From assembly GCA_003141675.1 (NCBI GenBank), contig PLND01000034.1, forward strand, positions 17,488 through 81,487: a DNA stretch of 64,000 nt, given 5' to 3'. The translations under genes were made by a program, and so were the position numbers. This DNA comes from Anaerolineae bacterium. GTDB taxonomy: Bacteria; Chloroflexota; Anaerolineae; Anaerolineales; RBG-16-64-43. The notes beneath the pieces were generated by a model. The model did not search any database. It saw only the letters and a list, made by a program, of their open reading frames with translations, and was not told the origin of the DNA. This document shows positions 18,821 to 27,797 of this stretch, piece after piece. How positions within the stretch are numbered: position 1 is the first letter of the stretch; every line of letters begins with the position of its first letter.

Positions 18821-20269
18821 ATGTTGACTTTGGGCGTGATCCTCGAGGCAGTCACCAACCGGAGCGCAGGGACCTATGATGCCCTGCCGCTGGCGCACCG
18901 GGTGATCACCGACGCGGTGATCGATTCGCGCTTGTCGATCCCGGGCTGCCTGTTCGTCGCCCTTCCCGGAGAGAAGGTCGACGGCCACCAGTTCGTCGAG
19001 GATGCGTTCCGGCGGGGCGCCGCGGTGGCGCTGATCGAAAAGGAAATTCCGGGATGGATAACCGTCGATGTGCGCGGGGAATCGCTCGACCCGGAATTTC
19101 TTCCGCCGGCGGATCCGCGAACGCCGTTGCACCTCTGCCTGCTAGTGAAGAATTCGCTTAAGGCGATGCAGCATATCGCCGGCGTCTGGCGCGCGCGGCT
19201 CTCCAATGTGCGCGTGATCGGCATCACCGGATCGGTCGGCAAATCCACAACCAAGGAGCTGACTGCCAATGTGCTGGCCGTCCGGTATACGACCCTGGCC
19301 AACGAGAGCAACCTAAACAACGAAATCGGGTTGCCGCTGACGCTGCTGAAGGTGACCGAAGCCCACCGGCGCGTCGTCCTGGAAATGGGGTTCTATGTAC
19401 CCGGAGATATCGCCTTCCTGTGCGGTATTGCCAAGCCCCAGGTGGGCGTCCTGACGATGATCGGGCCTGTGCATCTCGAGCGCGCCGGAAGTCTGGAGGC
19501 GATTGTCAACGGCAAAGCCGAACTGGTGGAAGCCCTGCCGGCCGACGGTACGGCGATTCTCAACAACGACGATGCTCGCGTTCGCTCCCTGGCGTCGCGG
19601 ACTAAAGCCAGGGTGTTTACCTACGGCTTGGACCCCGAATCGGATTTATGGTCCGACCGGATCGAGGGATTGGGGCTGGAAGGGGTGAGCTTCGATATGC
19701 ATTATGCGGGGGAAACTCTGCACATTCATCTCCCCTTGCTTGGCCAGCACTCGGTCCATACGGCCATGCGCGCTTCCGCCGTGGGATTGACCGAGGGTTT
19801 GAATTGGCAGGAGATCATCGACGGATTGCTCACGCCCGCCACCCAGTTGCGCCTGGTCGCAGTCACCGGACCGGGCAATTCGCTCCTGATCGACGACACC
19901 TATAATGCCTCGCCGGATTCGATGATCGCCGCGTTGAATTTACTCGCCGAACTGGACGGCCGCAAAGTGGCCGTGCTCGGCGACATGCTGGAGCTGGGGG
20001 AATTCGCAGAAACCGGGCACCGGATGGTGGGAGCGCGGGCCGTGGGTGTGGTGGACCTACTGGTAGCGGTCGGGGAAAAAGCCCGCTGGATCGCCGAAGA
20101 GGCGCACTCCCAGGGTTTGTCTTCAGCTCAGATCACATGTTTCGGAACCGCAGCGGATGCGCTGGAGTTTTTAACCAATAAAATTGGCGAAGGAGACGTG
20201 GTTCTGATGAAGGGATCGCGCGCCTTGAAGCTGGATGAGATTGTCATGGCACTCGAGGTGCCGGAATGA
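18821..20269 (+). CDS. murF: UDP-N-acetylmuramoyl-tripeptide--D-alanyl-D-alanine ligase
   Basis: GITGSVGKSTTKEL, NLNNEIGLPLTLL (MurF-specific) and a C-terminal VLMKGSRALKLDEIV. Confidence 0.9.
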   Translation: MLTLGVILEAVTNRSAGTYDALPLAHRVITDAVIDSRLSIPGCLFVALPGEKVDGHQFVEDAFRRGAAVALIEKEIPGWITVDVRGESLDPEFLPPADPRTPLHLCLLVKNSLKAMQHIAGVWRARLSNVRVIGITGSVGKSTTKELTANVLAVRYTTLANESNLNNEIGLPLTLLKVTEAHRRVVLEMGFYVPGDIAFLCGIAKPQVGVLTMIGPVHLERAGSLEAIVNGKAELVEALPADGTAILNNDDARVRSLASRTKARVFTYGLDPESDLWSDRIEGLGLEGVSFDMHYAGETLHIHLPLLGQHSVHTAMRASAVGLTEGLNWQEIIDGLLTPATQLRLVAVTGPGNSLLIDDTYNASPDSMIAALNLLAELDGRKVAVLGDMLELGEFAETGHRMVGARAVGVVDLLVAVGEKARWIAEEAHSQGLSSAQITCFGTAADALEFLTNKIGEGDVVLMKGSRALKLDEIVMALEVPE

Positions 20270-21249
20270 ACAACCAGGTGCCGCTGGCCCTCAGCTTGGG
20301 AGCCATCGCGTTCGCGTTGACCGTGATCTGGGGCGCACCTTTCCTGCGGGTCTTGCGCTATCTGGGGGTGGGGAAAAAAATCCGGGTCGAAGGGCCGCGC
20401 AGCCACCAGACGAAACTCGGAACGCCGACCATGGGCGGATTGCTGATTGTCATCCCTGTTCTGATCATGACGCTGCTTCTCAACACCGTCCCGATCCTGG
20501 GCCGCACGCTGCTCGGCCGGTCGGTGCTCCTGCCCTTGGCGGTGATGATGGCGTTTGCCCTCCTCGGGGCGGTCGACGACATTCTGGGAATGCGGGGCCG
20601 TCCGATGCGGGCGCGGGTGAAATTCCCCCTTCAAATACTGGTGGCAGTTGTAGTGGCGGTGGGTTTGCGATACGTGCTTCATGTTCCCAGCATGTATCTC
20701 CCGGGCGTGCAGGTCGCGTTCAACCTGGGTGTTTGGTACGTCCCGATCGCCGCGTTCATCATTGTCTGCTCCACCAACGCCGTCAACATCACTGACGGGC
20801 TCGACGGTCTGGCGGGGATCATCGCCGCGACGGCGTTCGTCGCCTATGGCATGATCGCCGGCCTGCAGAGGCAGGTCTACCTGATGCAATTCTGCTTCAC
20901 CTTGGTCGGCGTCCTCTTCGCGTTTCTTTGGTACAACGCGCACCCCGCGGAGTTGTTCATGGGCGACACCGGATCGCTGGCGATGGGCGCATTGCTCGGG
21001 GTAGTGGCGCTGATGACCGCGCAATGGGCGCTCCTTCCGCTGATCGCCGTCATCCCGGTTGCGGAGACCGCCAGCGTGATCTTTCAAGTGGTGTATTTCA
21101 AGTGGACCAAAGGTAAGCGTTTGTTCAAAATGGCTCCGTTGCATCATCATTTCGAATTGCTGGGATGGAGCGAGACTCAGGTGGTGCAACGGTTCTGGCT
21201 GATCGCGCTGCTGGCCGCCATGATCGGCATCGCGTTGGCGGTTGCGTAG
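20266..21249 (+). CDS. mraY: phospho-N-acetylmuramoyl-pentapeptide transferase
   Basis: 327-aa polytopic protein. Motifs: TPTMGGL, NAVNITDGLDGLA, GDTGSLALG-like, PLHHHFE. Confidence 0.95.
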   Translation: MNNQVPLALSLGAIAFALTVIWGAPFLRVLRYLGVGKKIRVEGPRSHQTKLGTPTMGGLLIVIPVLIMTLLLNTVPILGRTLLGRSVLLPLAVMMAFALLGAVDDILGMRGRPMRARVKFPLQILVAVVVAVGLRYVLHVPSMYLPGVQVAFNLGVWYVPIAAFIIVCSTNAVNITDGLDGLAGIIAATAFVAYGMIAGLQRQVYLMQFCFTLVGVLFAFLWYNAHPAELFMGDTGSLAMGALLGVVALMTAQWALLPLIAVIPVAETASVIFQVVYFKWTKGKRLFKMAPLHHHFELLGWSETQVVQRFWLIALLAAMIGIALAVA

Positions 21250-21256
21250 AGACGCG

Positions 21257-22660
21257 ATGATGCGGGAGTTGGCCGGCAAGAAGGTCGCGGTGCTCGGTTT
21301 GGCCCGGCAAGGGGTGGCTCTGGTTCGATACCTGGCCGGCAAGGGCGCTCGGGTGACCGTATCCGACATCAAACCGGCGGAGGCATTGCAGGTGGAAATT
21401 CGGGAACTTGGCGGCATGCAGATCGATTACCGGCTGGGCGGGCACCCTCTCGAGATACTGGAGGGAGCGGATCTGCTGTGCCTATCCGGCGGCGTGCCTT
21501 CCGATCTGCCGATCGTCGACGAAGCTAGGCGCAGGAACATTCCCCTTACCAACGACACCCAGCTTTTCTTGGAGGAGACGCCCGCCAAGGTGATCGGTAT
21601 TACCGGATCCTCGGGGAAAACCACCACCACGAGCCTTGTGGGAATGATGGCCAAAGCCGCCGCCGAACAGACGCAGGGGGGGCGGGCGTGGATTGGCGGC
21701 AACATTGGAAACCCGCTTCTGGGCGATATGGAAAAGATGCGCAAAGGCGACTTGGCCGTGCTCGAGCTTTCCTCGTTCCAATTGGAATTGGTCGAGTGCA
21801 GTCCGCAGGTGGCGGTGATCCTCAACATCACGCCCAACCACCTGGATCGGCACCACACCATGGAAGCCTACCGGCAAGCCAAGCTGCGAATTTTGGAATT
21901 TCAAACCGCACAGGACGCGGCGGTGCTCGGATGGGATTCTCCGGAAACCCGGATGCTCCAATCCAAAGTCCGAGGCCGTTGCGTGTTTTTCAGCATGAGT
22001 CCCAAGGCGTGGCCGGGGGATGGCGCTTACCTCCAAAGCGGTTGGATCATGGCGGAGCGCGATAGGAAAGCCGAACCGGTGATCATGGCGAACGCGGTTC
22101 TTCTGCGCGGGTCGCATAACCTGCTCAACGCCATAGCGGCCTGCGCCATCGGAACCGCCGCCGGTTTCCCGGTGGAAACGATGGCCGGCGCGATCGCAAG
22201 CTTCCGCGGCGTCGCGCACCGGCTCGAATTTGTCGCCCGCCGGCGGGGAGCCGATTGGTACGACGATTCGATCGCGACCACTCCGGAGCGGGCCATCGCC
22301 GCCATCCGCTCCTTCCGGGAACCGATCGTTCTCCTTGGCGGGGGCCGAGACAAAAAACTCCCCTGGGAAGATTGGGCCGCCCTGGTTCGCCAACATGTGG
22401 ATCACCTGGTGCTGTTCGGCGAGGCGGCGGATTTGATCCGCCGGGCGTTGGGAGAAGTGGCTCCGGGCGAGCGGCCGTACACCGTCGCGATGGTCCGTAC
22501 ACTCGAGGAAGCGGTCCGGGAAGCGTCGGCCGCCGTTGAAGACGGCGATGTGGTCTTGCTTTCGCCCGGCGGGACGAGTTTCGATGCGTTCCGCGATTTC
22601 GAGGAGCGGGGCGGGCGATTCCGGCGGTTGGTGGAAGAGCTTGAGGACGGGGAATCATGA
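21257..22660 (+). CDS. murD: UDP-N-acetylmuramoylalanine--D-glutamate ligase
   Basis: KKVAVLGLARQG, GITGSSGKTTTT, NITPNHLDRH. ATG 21257 is preferred over TTG 21242. Confidence 0.9.
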   Translation: MMRELAGKKVAVLGLARQGVALVRYLAGKGARVTVSDIKPAEALQVEIRELGGMQIDYRLGGHPLEILEGADLLCLSGGVPSDLPIVDEARRRNIPLTNDTQLFLEETPAKVIGITGSSGKTTTTSLVGMMAKAAAEQTQGGRAWIGGNIGNPLLGDMEKMRKGDLAVLELSSFQLELVECSPQVAVILNITPNHLDRHHTMEAYRQAKLRILEFQTAQDAAVLGWDSPETRMLQSKVRGRCVFFSMSPKAWPGDGAYLQSGWIMAERDRKAEPVIMANAVLLRGSHNLLNAIAACAIGTAAGFPVETMAGAIASFRGVAHRLEFVARRRGADWYDDSIATTPERAIAAIRSFREPIVLLGGGRDKKLPWEDWAALVRQHVDHLVLFGEAADLIRRALGEVAPGERPYTVAMVRTLEEAVREASAAVEDGDVVLLSPGGTSFDAFRDFEERGGRFRRLVEELEDGES

Positions 22661-23877
22661 AATCGATGTTGCGCGAACGCATGACCGGCGCCGGCCTCGG
22701 ATTTGACGTCATTCTGTTGCTGATTGTGGTGACCCTGCTGGCGGCCGGGTTGATCACGGTCGCATCCACCAGTTGGGGAGTTTCCTTCTCCTATTCCAAT
22801 TCGGTCTGGGATATCTTCCTACGCCAATTGGTATGGGCGGTTGTAGGGATCGTCTTCATGGCGGTGATGTATCGGATCGATTACCACCTTTACCTGCGCG
22901 CCAAAGGGCTGGTGGTTGTCCTGGCGGTCATCACCCTGGCTGTTCTGGTGGCGGTGCTCCTGCGCAAGGGCGACAATCCGTCCCGCGTCGGCTTGCTTGG
23001 ATATTCGGTCCAGCCATCGGAATTGGCCAAATTTGTCACGGTGATCTATCTGTCGGTCTGGCTGGTTTCCAAAGCCGAAGTCCTGCACGACTTTAAACTT
23101 GGATTGATCCCCTATGCCGCGCTGATCGCGCTGTTTACCGGTTTGATCATCATCGAACCGGATTACAGCGCCGCGGTCACGGTGACGCTGCTGGGTTTTG
23201 CGATGTTTTATTTCGGCGGGGGGAAGATGCAAAACGTGGTCATCGCATCCCTGGTGATCGTGGTCGGCGGCATCCTGCTCGCGGTCGTCGTCCGGCCGCA
23301 GCGGATTACGGAATATCTCGCCGGCTGGCGCAACATCCGCGAAGCCAACCTGCAGATCCGCGAGGCGCTCTCGGCGATGTCGTCCGGCGGACTTTTCGGC
23401 GTGGGAGCCGGAGCCAGCCGGTTCAAATATTTTTCCCTGCCTGCAGCGCACACCGACAGCGTGTTCGCCGTCATCGCCGAGGAGATGGGGTTTGTCGGCG
23501 CGATGGTCGTGGTGGCATTGTTCGTCCTGCTCGCCTGGCGCGGGTACCGGGTTGCCATGAAGGCTCCCGACGAATTGGGGCTGCTCCTGGCGGCCGGCAT
23601 GACCACCTGGGTGTCGTTGGAAGCGATCATTAACATCCTCACGATTTTGCAGGTGTTGCCGTTCGCCGGGAACGCGCTTCCGTTCTTCAGCTACGGGGGA
23701 TCCAATCTCGTACTGACGCTTGGTGCCATGGGGTTGCTTTTGAATATCTCGCGCGGGAAAAAGGAAAACGACGGATCGGAGGCGCTCGGTGAAAGTGCTG
23801 CTTTGCGCTGGGGGAACGGGGGGAGGAATTTACCCCGCTCTCGCCACGGCACAGGCGATCCGGCGACTGGATCCTGA
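22657..23877 (+). CDS. ftsW: SEDS-family peptidoglycan glycosyltransferase FtsW
   Basis: 406-aa polytopic protein. Motifs: VQPSELAKF, LPAAHTDSVFAVIAEEMGF, LPFFSYGGSN. Its 3' end overlaps murG by 89 nt. Confidence 0.9.
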   Translation: MKSMLRERMTGAGLGFDVILLLIVVTLLAAGLITVASTSWGVSFSYSNSVWDIFLRQLVWAVVGIVFMAVMYRIDYHLYLRAKGLVVVLAVITLAVLVAVLLRKGDNPSRVGLLGYSVQPSELAKFVTVIYLSVWLVSKAEVLHDFKLGLIPYAALIALFTGLIIIEPDYSAAVTVTLLGFAMFYFGGGKMQNVVIASLVIVVGGILLAVVVRPQRITEYLAGWRNIREANLQIREALSAMSSGGLFGVGAGASRFKYFSLPAAHTDSVFAVIAEEMGFVGAMVVVALFVLLAWRGYRVAMKAPDELGLLLAAGMTTWVSLEAIINILTILQVLPFAGNALPFFSYGGSNLVLTLGAMGLLLNISRGKKENDGSEALGESAALRWGNGGRNLPRSRHGTGDPATGS

Positions 23878-24895
23878 CGCCGGGCTGCTTTGGCTCGGCG
23901 GCCGGGGAGGCATGGAAGAGCAACTTGTTCCCCGGGCCGGCATTCCGTTCAAAACAATTCCCGCCGCCGGGATGCACGGGGTGGGGTGGAGAGCGGCGCC
24001 GGGAAACGCCGTACGGTTGCTCTTGGGAACGGTGGAGGCATGGCGGGAAATCGGTCGGTTCGGAGCGGACGTGGTTTTGGTGACGGGCGGGTATCTGACG
24101 TTTCCGGCCGTGATCGCCGCCCGCTTGCGGAAGCTTCCTGTGGTCGTGTACGTGCCGGATATCGAACCGGCACTTGCGGCAAAATTCGCCGCCCGGTTTG
24201 CTCGGAGGATCGCGGTCACCGCGGATCGGTCCGCGGCCTATTACCCGAAAGACGCGCCGGTGGTGGTCACCGGCTATCCGTTGCGCGAGGAAGTGCTTTC
24301 TGCGTCACGCAGGGCGGGGCGGGCGGCTTTCGGAATTCCGGCCTCTGAGCCGGTATTGCTGGCCTTCGGCGGGAGCCGGGGAGCGCGCTCGATCAACCGG
24401 GCGCTCTTCCGGGCGCTGCCGGGTCTGCTGGAGGTGATGCACGTGATACACATAACGGGAACCCTCGATTGGCCGGAAGTGGACAAGGTAATGCATGAGC
24501 TTCCGAAGTGGCACAAAGCCCGCTACCACGCCTATCCCTACCTGCACGAGGAGATGGGCGGGGCGCTGGCGGCGTCGGATCTGGCCGTATCGCGCGCGGG
24601 CGCGTCGGTGCTTGGCGAGTATCCGCATTTCCGTCTGCCGTCCATTCTGGTGCCTTACCCGCACGCCTGGCGTTACCAGAAAACCAACGCCGAATTCCTC
24701 GAATCCCAGGGGGCGGCAGTAGTGCTGCCGGACGAGTCTCTCTCGGAAAGCATGGCGGCGGAAGTGCTCGCACTGATGCAGAACCCGCCCCGGCGCAAGG
24801 AAATGCGTGATGTGTTGGCGAAAATCTGCCAGAAGAACTCCGCGCTCAAATTGGCGGGTGAGGTGGTGGAAGCGGCCAAGGAGGGCCCGAAGTAA
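23789..24895 (+). CDS. murG: undecaprenyldiphospho-muramoylpentapeptide beta-N-acetylglucosaminyltransferase
   Basis: VKVLLCAGGTGGGIYPALA (GTG start), FGGSRGARSIN, SRAGASVLGE. Confidence 0.9.
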   Translation: MKVLLCAGGTGGGIYPALATAQAIRRLDPDAGLLWLGGRGGMEEQLVPRAGIPFKTIPAAGMHGVGWRAAPGNAVRLLLGTVEAWREIGRFGADVVLVTGGYLTFPAVIAARLRKLPVVVYVPDIEPALAAKFAARFARRIAVTADRSAAYYPKDAPVVVTGYPLREEVLSASRRAGRAAFGIPASEPVLLAFGGSRGARSINRALFRALPGLLEVMHVIHITGTLDWPEVDKVMHELPKWHKARYHAYPYLHEEMGGALAASDLAVSRAGASVLGEYPHFRLPSILVPYPHAWRYQKTNAEFLESQGAAVVLPDESLSESMAAEVLALMQNPPRRKEMRDVLAKICQKNSALKLAGEVVEAAKEGPK

Positions 24896-24901
24896 ACCGC
24901 C

Positions 24902-25423
24902 ATGACCATGCCGTTGGTCTTCTGGTGCTTGGTGGCGCTCTTTGCCGTGATCGGTTCCCTGCGCGGGTGGGCCAAGGAACTGCTGGTGGCTTGTGCCCTG
25001 GTCCTGGCGATGTTCATCAATCTGCTCATCGACAAGTACGCCTCGCCGCTCCTGACGACCCTCACGATCCAGGAATTGTTCGGCGTGCGCGCGGGAGTTT
25101 TCTGCGTGCTGGCATACTTTGGCTACCTCACGCCGCGCCTGCCATGGATTCCCGGTGAGCGGTTCATGCGCGACCGGCTCCAGGATTGGCTGCTGGGGAT
25201 CGTGCTCGGCGCGCTCAACGGGTTTCTGCTGGTCGGGAGCGTCTGGTATTTCCTGCACCGTGCCGGCTATCCCTTTCCGGGAATGGAGATCGCCCGGTTG
25301 AGCGCAACCAGCCCCGACGTGATGGCGATGATCCGCTACTTGCCGCCGGTGCTGCTCGGGGAGGTCTGGGTGTACGTCGCCGTGGCGGCGGCGTTCGTTT
25401 TCGTGATCGTGGTGTTCGTGTGA
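24902..25423 (+). CDS. small integral membrane protein, CvpA-like
   Basis: 173 aa with about 4 TM helices. The N-terminal FAVIGSLRGWAKELL resembles the CvpA family. The family assignment is tentative. Confidence 0.4.
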   Translation: MTMPLVFWCLVALFAVIGSLRGWAKELLVACALVLAMFINLLIDKYASPLLTTLTIQELFGVRAGVFCVLAYFGYLTPRLPWIPGERFMRDRLQDWLLGIVLGALNGFLLVGSVWYFLHRAGYPFPGMEIARLSATSPDVMAMIRYLPPVLLGEVWVYVAVAAAFVFVIVVFV

Positions 25424-25424
25424 T

Positions 25425-27791
25425 ATGCGCTATCACTTCGTAGGTATCGGCGGATCGGGGCTTTCGGCGATCGCCCGGGTTCTCCTGGAACGTGGCGAGA
25501 TGGTGAGCGGTTCCGATATGGCGGAGTCACCGTTTGTGGATTCCCTTCGCGATATGGGCGCGCAGGTGACCATCGGTCACGCGGCGGAGAATGTGCGCGG
25601 CGCGGGGGCGGTGATCGCCTCCTCGGCGGTAAAGTCCGACAATGTCGAGCTAGTTGAAGCCCGCGCCTTGGGGCTTCCGGTCTACAAGCGTTCCGAGTTC
25701 CTCGGCCCGCTCACGGAAGGGAAACGCACAGTGGCTGTCGCCGGAACGCACGGAAAGACGACCACCACCGGCGAGATCGCGCTGCTCCTGACGCGCGAGG
25801 GATTGGATCCGACTTTTATCGCCGGCGGCGCGCTTTCCGATTTCGGCGGGGCCAACGCCCGCGCCGGGCAGGGTGAATACTTTGTCATCGAAGCCGACGA
25901 ATACGACCACGCCTTCCTCGGGCTTTCCCCGTGGATCGCGGTGGTGACCAATGTCGAGCACGATCACCCGGACTGCTATCCGACCCCGGAGGATTACGAC
26001 CGGGCGTTCGGTCAGTTCCTGGAGCGCATGCGGCCCGACGGTTCGGTGGTGGTGTGTGCGGATTCCCCGGGTGCGATCCGAGTAGTGGAGGAATACTGCC
26101 GAAACAAGCCGGAACTCTCGGTATATTCCTACGCAGTGAACATGGAAGCGGATTGGCAGGCAACCCAGATCCAGCCCCACACCGAGGGAGGAAGCGATTT
26201 CCTTGTGGTGCGCCACGGTGAAGTAATGGGTCGAGTGCGGATCCGGCTCGCCGGATTACATAACGTCTGCAATTCGCTGGCTGCTTTATGTGCGGCGGAC
26301 CTGTGCGGGATTCCCTTTGCGCATGCCGCGAAATCCCTCTCGCAGTACCACGGAGCGGAACGGCGGTTCGAGATCAAGGGAGAAGCGGGGGGCGTAACGG
26401 TGGTGGACGATTACGGGCATCACCCGAGCGAGATTCGGGCGACCCTGGCGGCTGCGCGCCAGCGTTTTCCGCAGCGCCGCATTTGGGCTCTTTGGCAGCC
26501 GCACACCTATTCTCGCACGCGCGCCCTGGCGCACGAATTTTCACAGGCCTTTGCGGATGCCGACCGCGTGGTGGTGCTCCCGGTTTATCAGGCGCGGGAG
26601 CCGCTCGACGAAACGTTCCCGATCGAGGAGGTTGTGCGGACCATGCTAAACACCGAGGCGCAATATATTCCCGGAATGATGGAAGCCGTGCCATACCTGA
26701 CCCGCGAACTGCGGCGCGGAGACGTACTGGTCATGCTCAGTGCGGGAGACGCCAACCGTGTGGGCGAGGAAGTGTTGCGCCGGCTGCGCCTGATCGAGGC
26801 CGAGCACCGCGCGCCGATCCGCGTCCCGATCCTGCCGCTGGAAAAATTGCACCGGCGGTTCGAAACCCTTCTGCAGGAAGAGGTTCCGCTCGGACGGCTT
26901 AACACCGCCAAGGTCGGCGGGCTGGCCGACGCGCTGGTGGAAGCGCACAGCGCGGGCGAATTGGCCTCGGCAGCGGAATGGCTCTGGCAGGAGGATATCC
27001 CCTTCTTCGTCCTCGGCGCGGGATCGAACATCTTGTTCTCGGATTTGGGCTGCCGGGATTTGGTGCTCTTCAACCGGGCCAAGAAGTTCGAGCTCCGGGT
27101 GGGGGAAAACGGATCGAAAGACACCGCCGTGCTGTGGGCGGAATCCGGCACATCGATCGGAGCGATCGCGCGCCAGGCGGCGCAGATGGGTTGGACCGGT
27201 CTGGAATGGGCGGCGACCGTCCCTGGAACGGTCGGCGGGGCGGTGGTGGGCAACGCCGGCGCGTTCGGGGGCGATACCTCGGGGACGCTCAGGATGGTCG
27301 AAATCTTGCAACGAGAGGAAGCGGACAAACCAGCCCAATTCCGGGCCGAGAGGAAAACGCTCCGGCCGGAGGAAATGGGCTTTGGATACCGTTCCAGCCT
27401 GCTGCGGAAGAACCCCGGGCAGGCCGTCGTGCTCTCCGCGGAGTTCGCGTTGCGGCGCTGCGATCCATCGGAAGCCGTTGCGCGCATCGGCCAATTTCTC
27501 GCCCGGCGCAGGGAAACCCAGCCGTCGGGGTCTTCCCTGGGGTCGATGTTTAAAAATCCGCCGGGAGATTATGCCGGGAGGCTGATCGAAGCCGCCGGAT
27601 TGAAAGGACACCGAATGGGCAACGCGGAAATTTCACGCCAGCATGCAAACTTCTTTATCAACCTTGGCGACGCAAAGGCGGAGGACATCCGCGCCCTGCT
27701 GGACCTCGCACGGAAAATGGTCCGCGAGAAGTTCGGCGTCGACCTGGAACCGGAAATCATTTTGGCCGGGGATTGGCCGGAGAAGGCGTAA
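25425..27791 (+). CDS. murC: bifunctional UDP-N-acetylmuramate--L-alanine ligase / UDP-N-acetylenolpyruvoylglucosamine reductase (MurC-MurB fusion)
   Basis: One uninterrupted 788-aa ORF. The N-terminal half is MurC (HFVGIGGSGLSAIA, GTHGKTTTT, DDYGHHPSEI). The C-terminal half is MurB (LGRLNTAKVGGLAD, FFVLGAGSNILFSD, GSMFKNPPGDYAGRLIE, ISRQHANFFINLG). Confidence 0.9.
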   Translation: MRYHFVGIGGSGLSAIARVLLERGEMVSGSDMAESPFVDSLRDMGAQVTIGHAAENVRGAGAVIASSAVKSDNVELVEARALGLPVYKRSEFLGPLTEGKRTVAVAGTHGKTTTTGEIALLLTREGLDPTFIAGGALSDFGGANARAGQGEYFVIEADEYDHAFLGLSPWIAVVTNVEHDHPDCYPTPEDYDRAFGQFLERMRPDGSVVVCADSPGAIRVVEEYCRNKPELSVYSYAVNMEADWQATQIQPHTEGGSDFLVVRHGEVMGRVRIRLAGLHNVCNSLAALCAADLCGIPFAHAAKSLSQYHGAERRFEIKGEAGGVTVVDDYGHHPSEIRATLAAARQRFPQRRIWALWQPHTYSRTRALAHEFSQAFADADRVVVLPVYQAREPLDETFPIEEVVRTMLNTEAQYIPGMMEAVPYLTRELRRGDVLVMLSAGDANRVGEEVLRRLRLIEAEHRAPIRVPILPLEKLHRRFETLLQEEVPLGRLNTAKVGGLADALVEAHSAGELASAAEWLWQEDIPFFVLGAGSNILFSDLGCRDLVLFNRAKKFELRVGENGSKDTAVLWAESGTSIGAIARQAAQMGWTGLEWAATVPGTVGGAVVGNAGAFGGDTSGTLRMVEILQREEADKPAQFRAERKTLRPEEMGFGYRSSLLRKNPGQAVVLSAEFALRRCDPSEAVARIGQFLARRRETQPSGSSLGSMFKNPPGDYAGRLIEAAGLKGHRMGNAEISRQHANFFINLGDAKAEDIRALLDLARKMVREKFGVDLEPEIILAGDWPEKA

Positions 27792-27797
27792 ACCATA

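Noticed and set aside
18821-20269. Whether the ligase after ftsI is MurE rather than MurF.
   Set aside because: The NNEIGLPLTLL motif, the GSVGKSTTKE P-loop context and the C-terminal KGSRALKLDEIV are MurF characteristics, so it is called murF.
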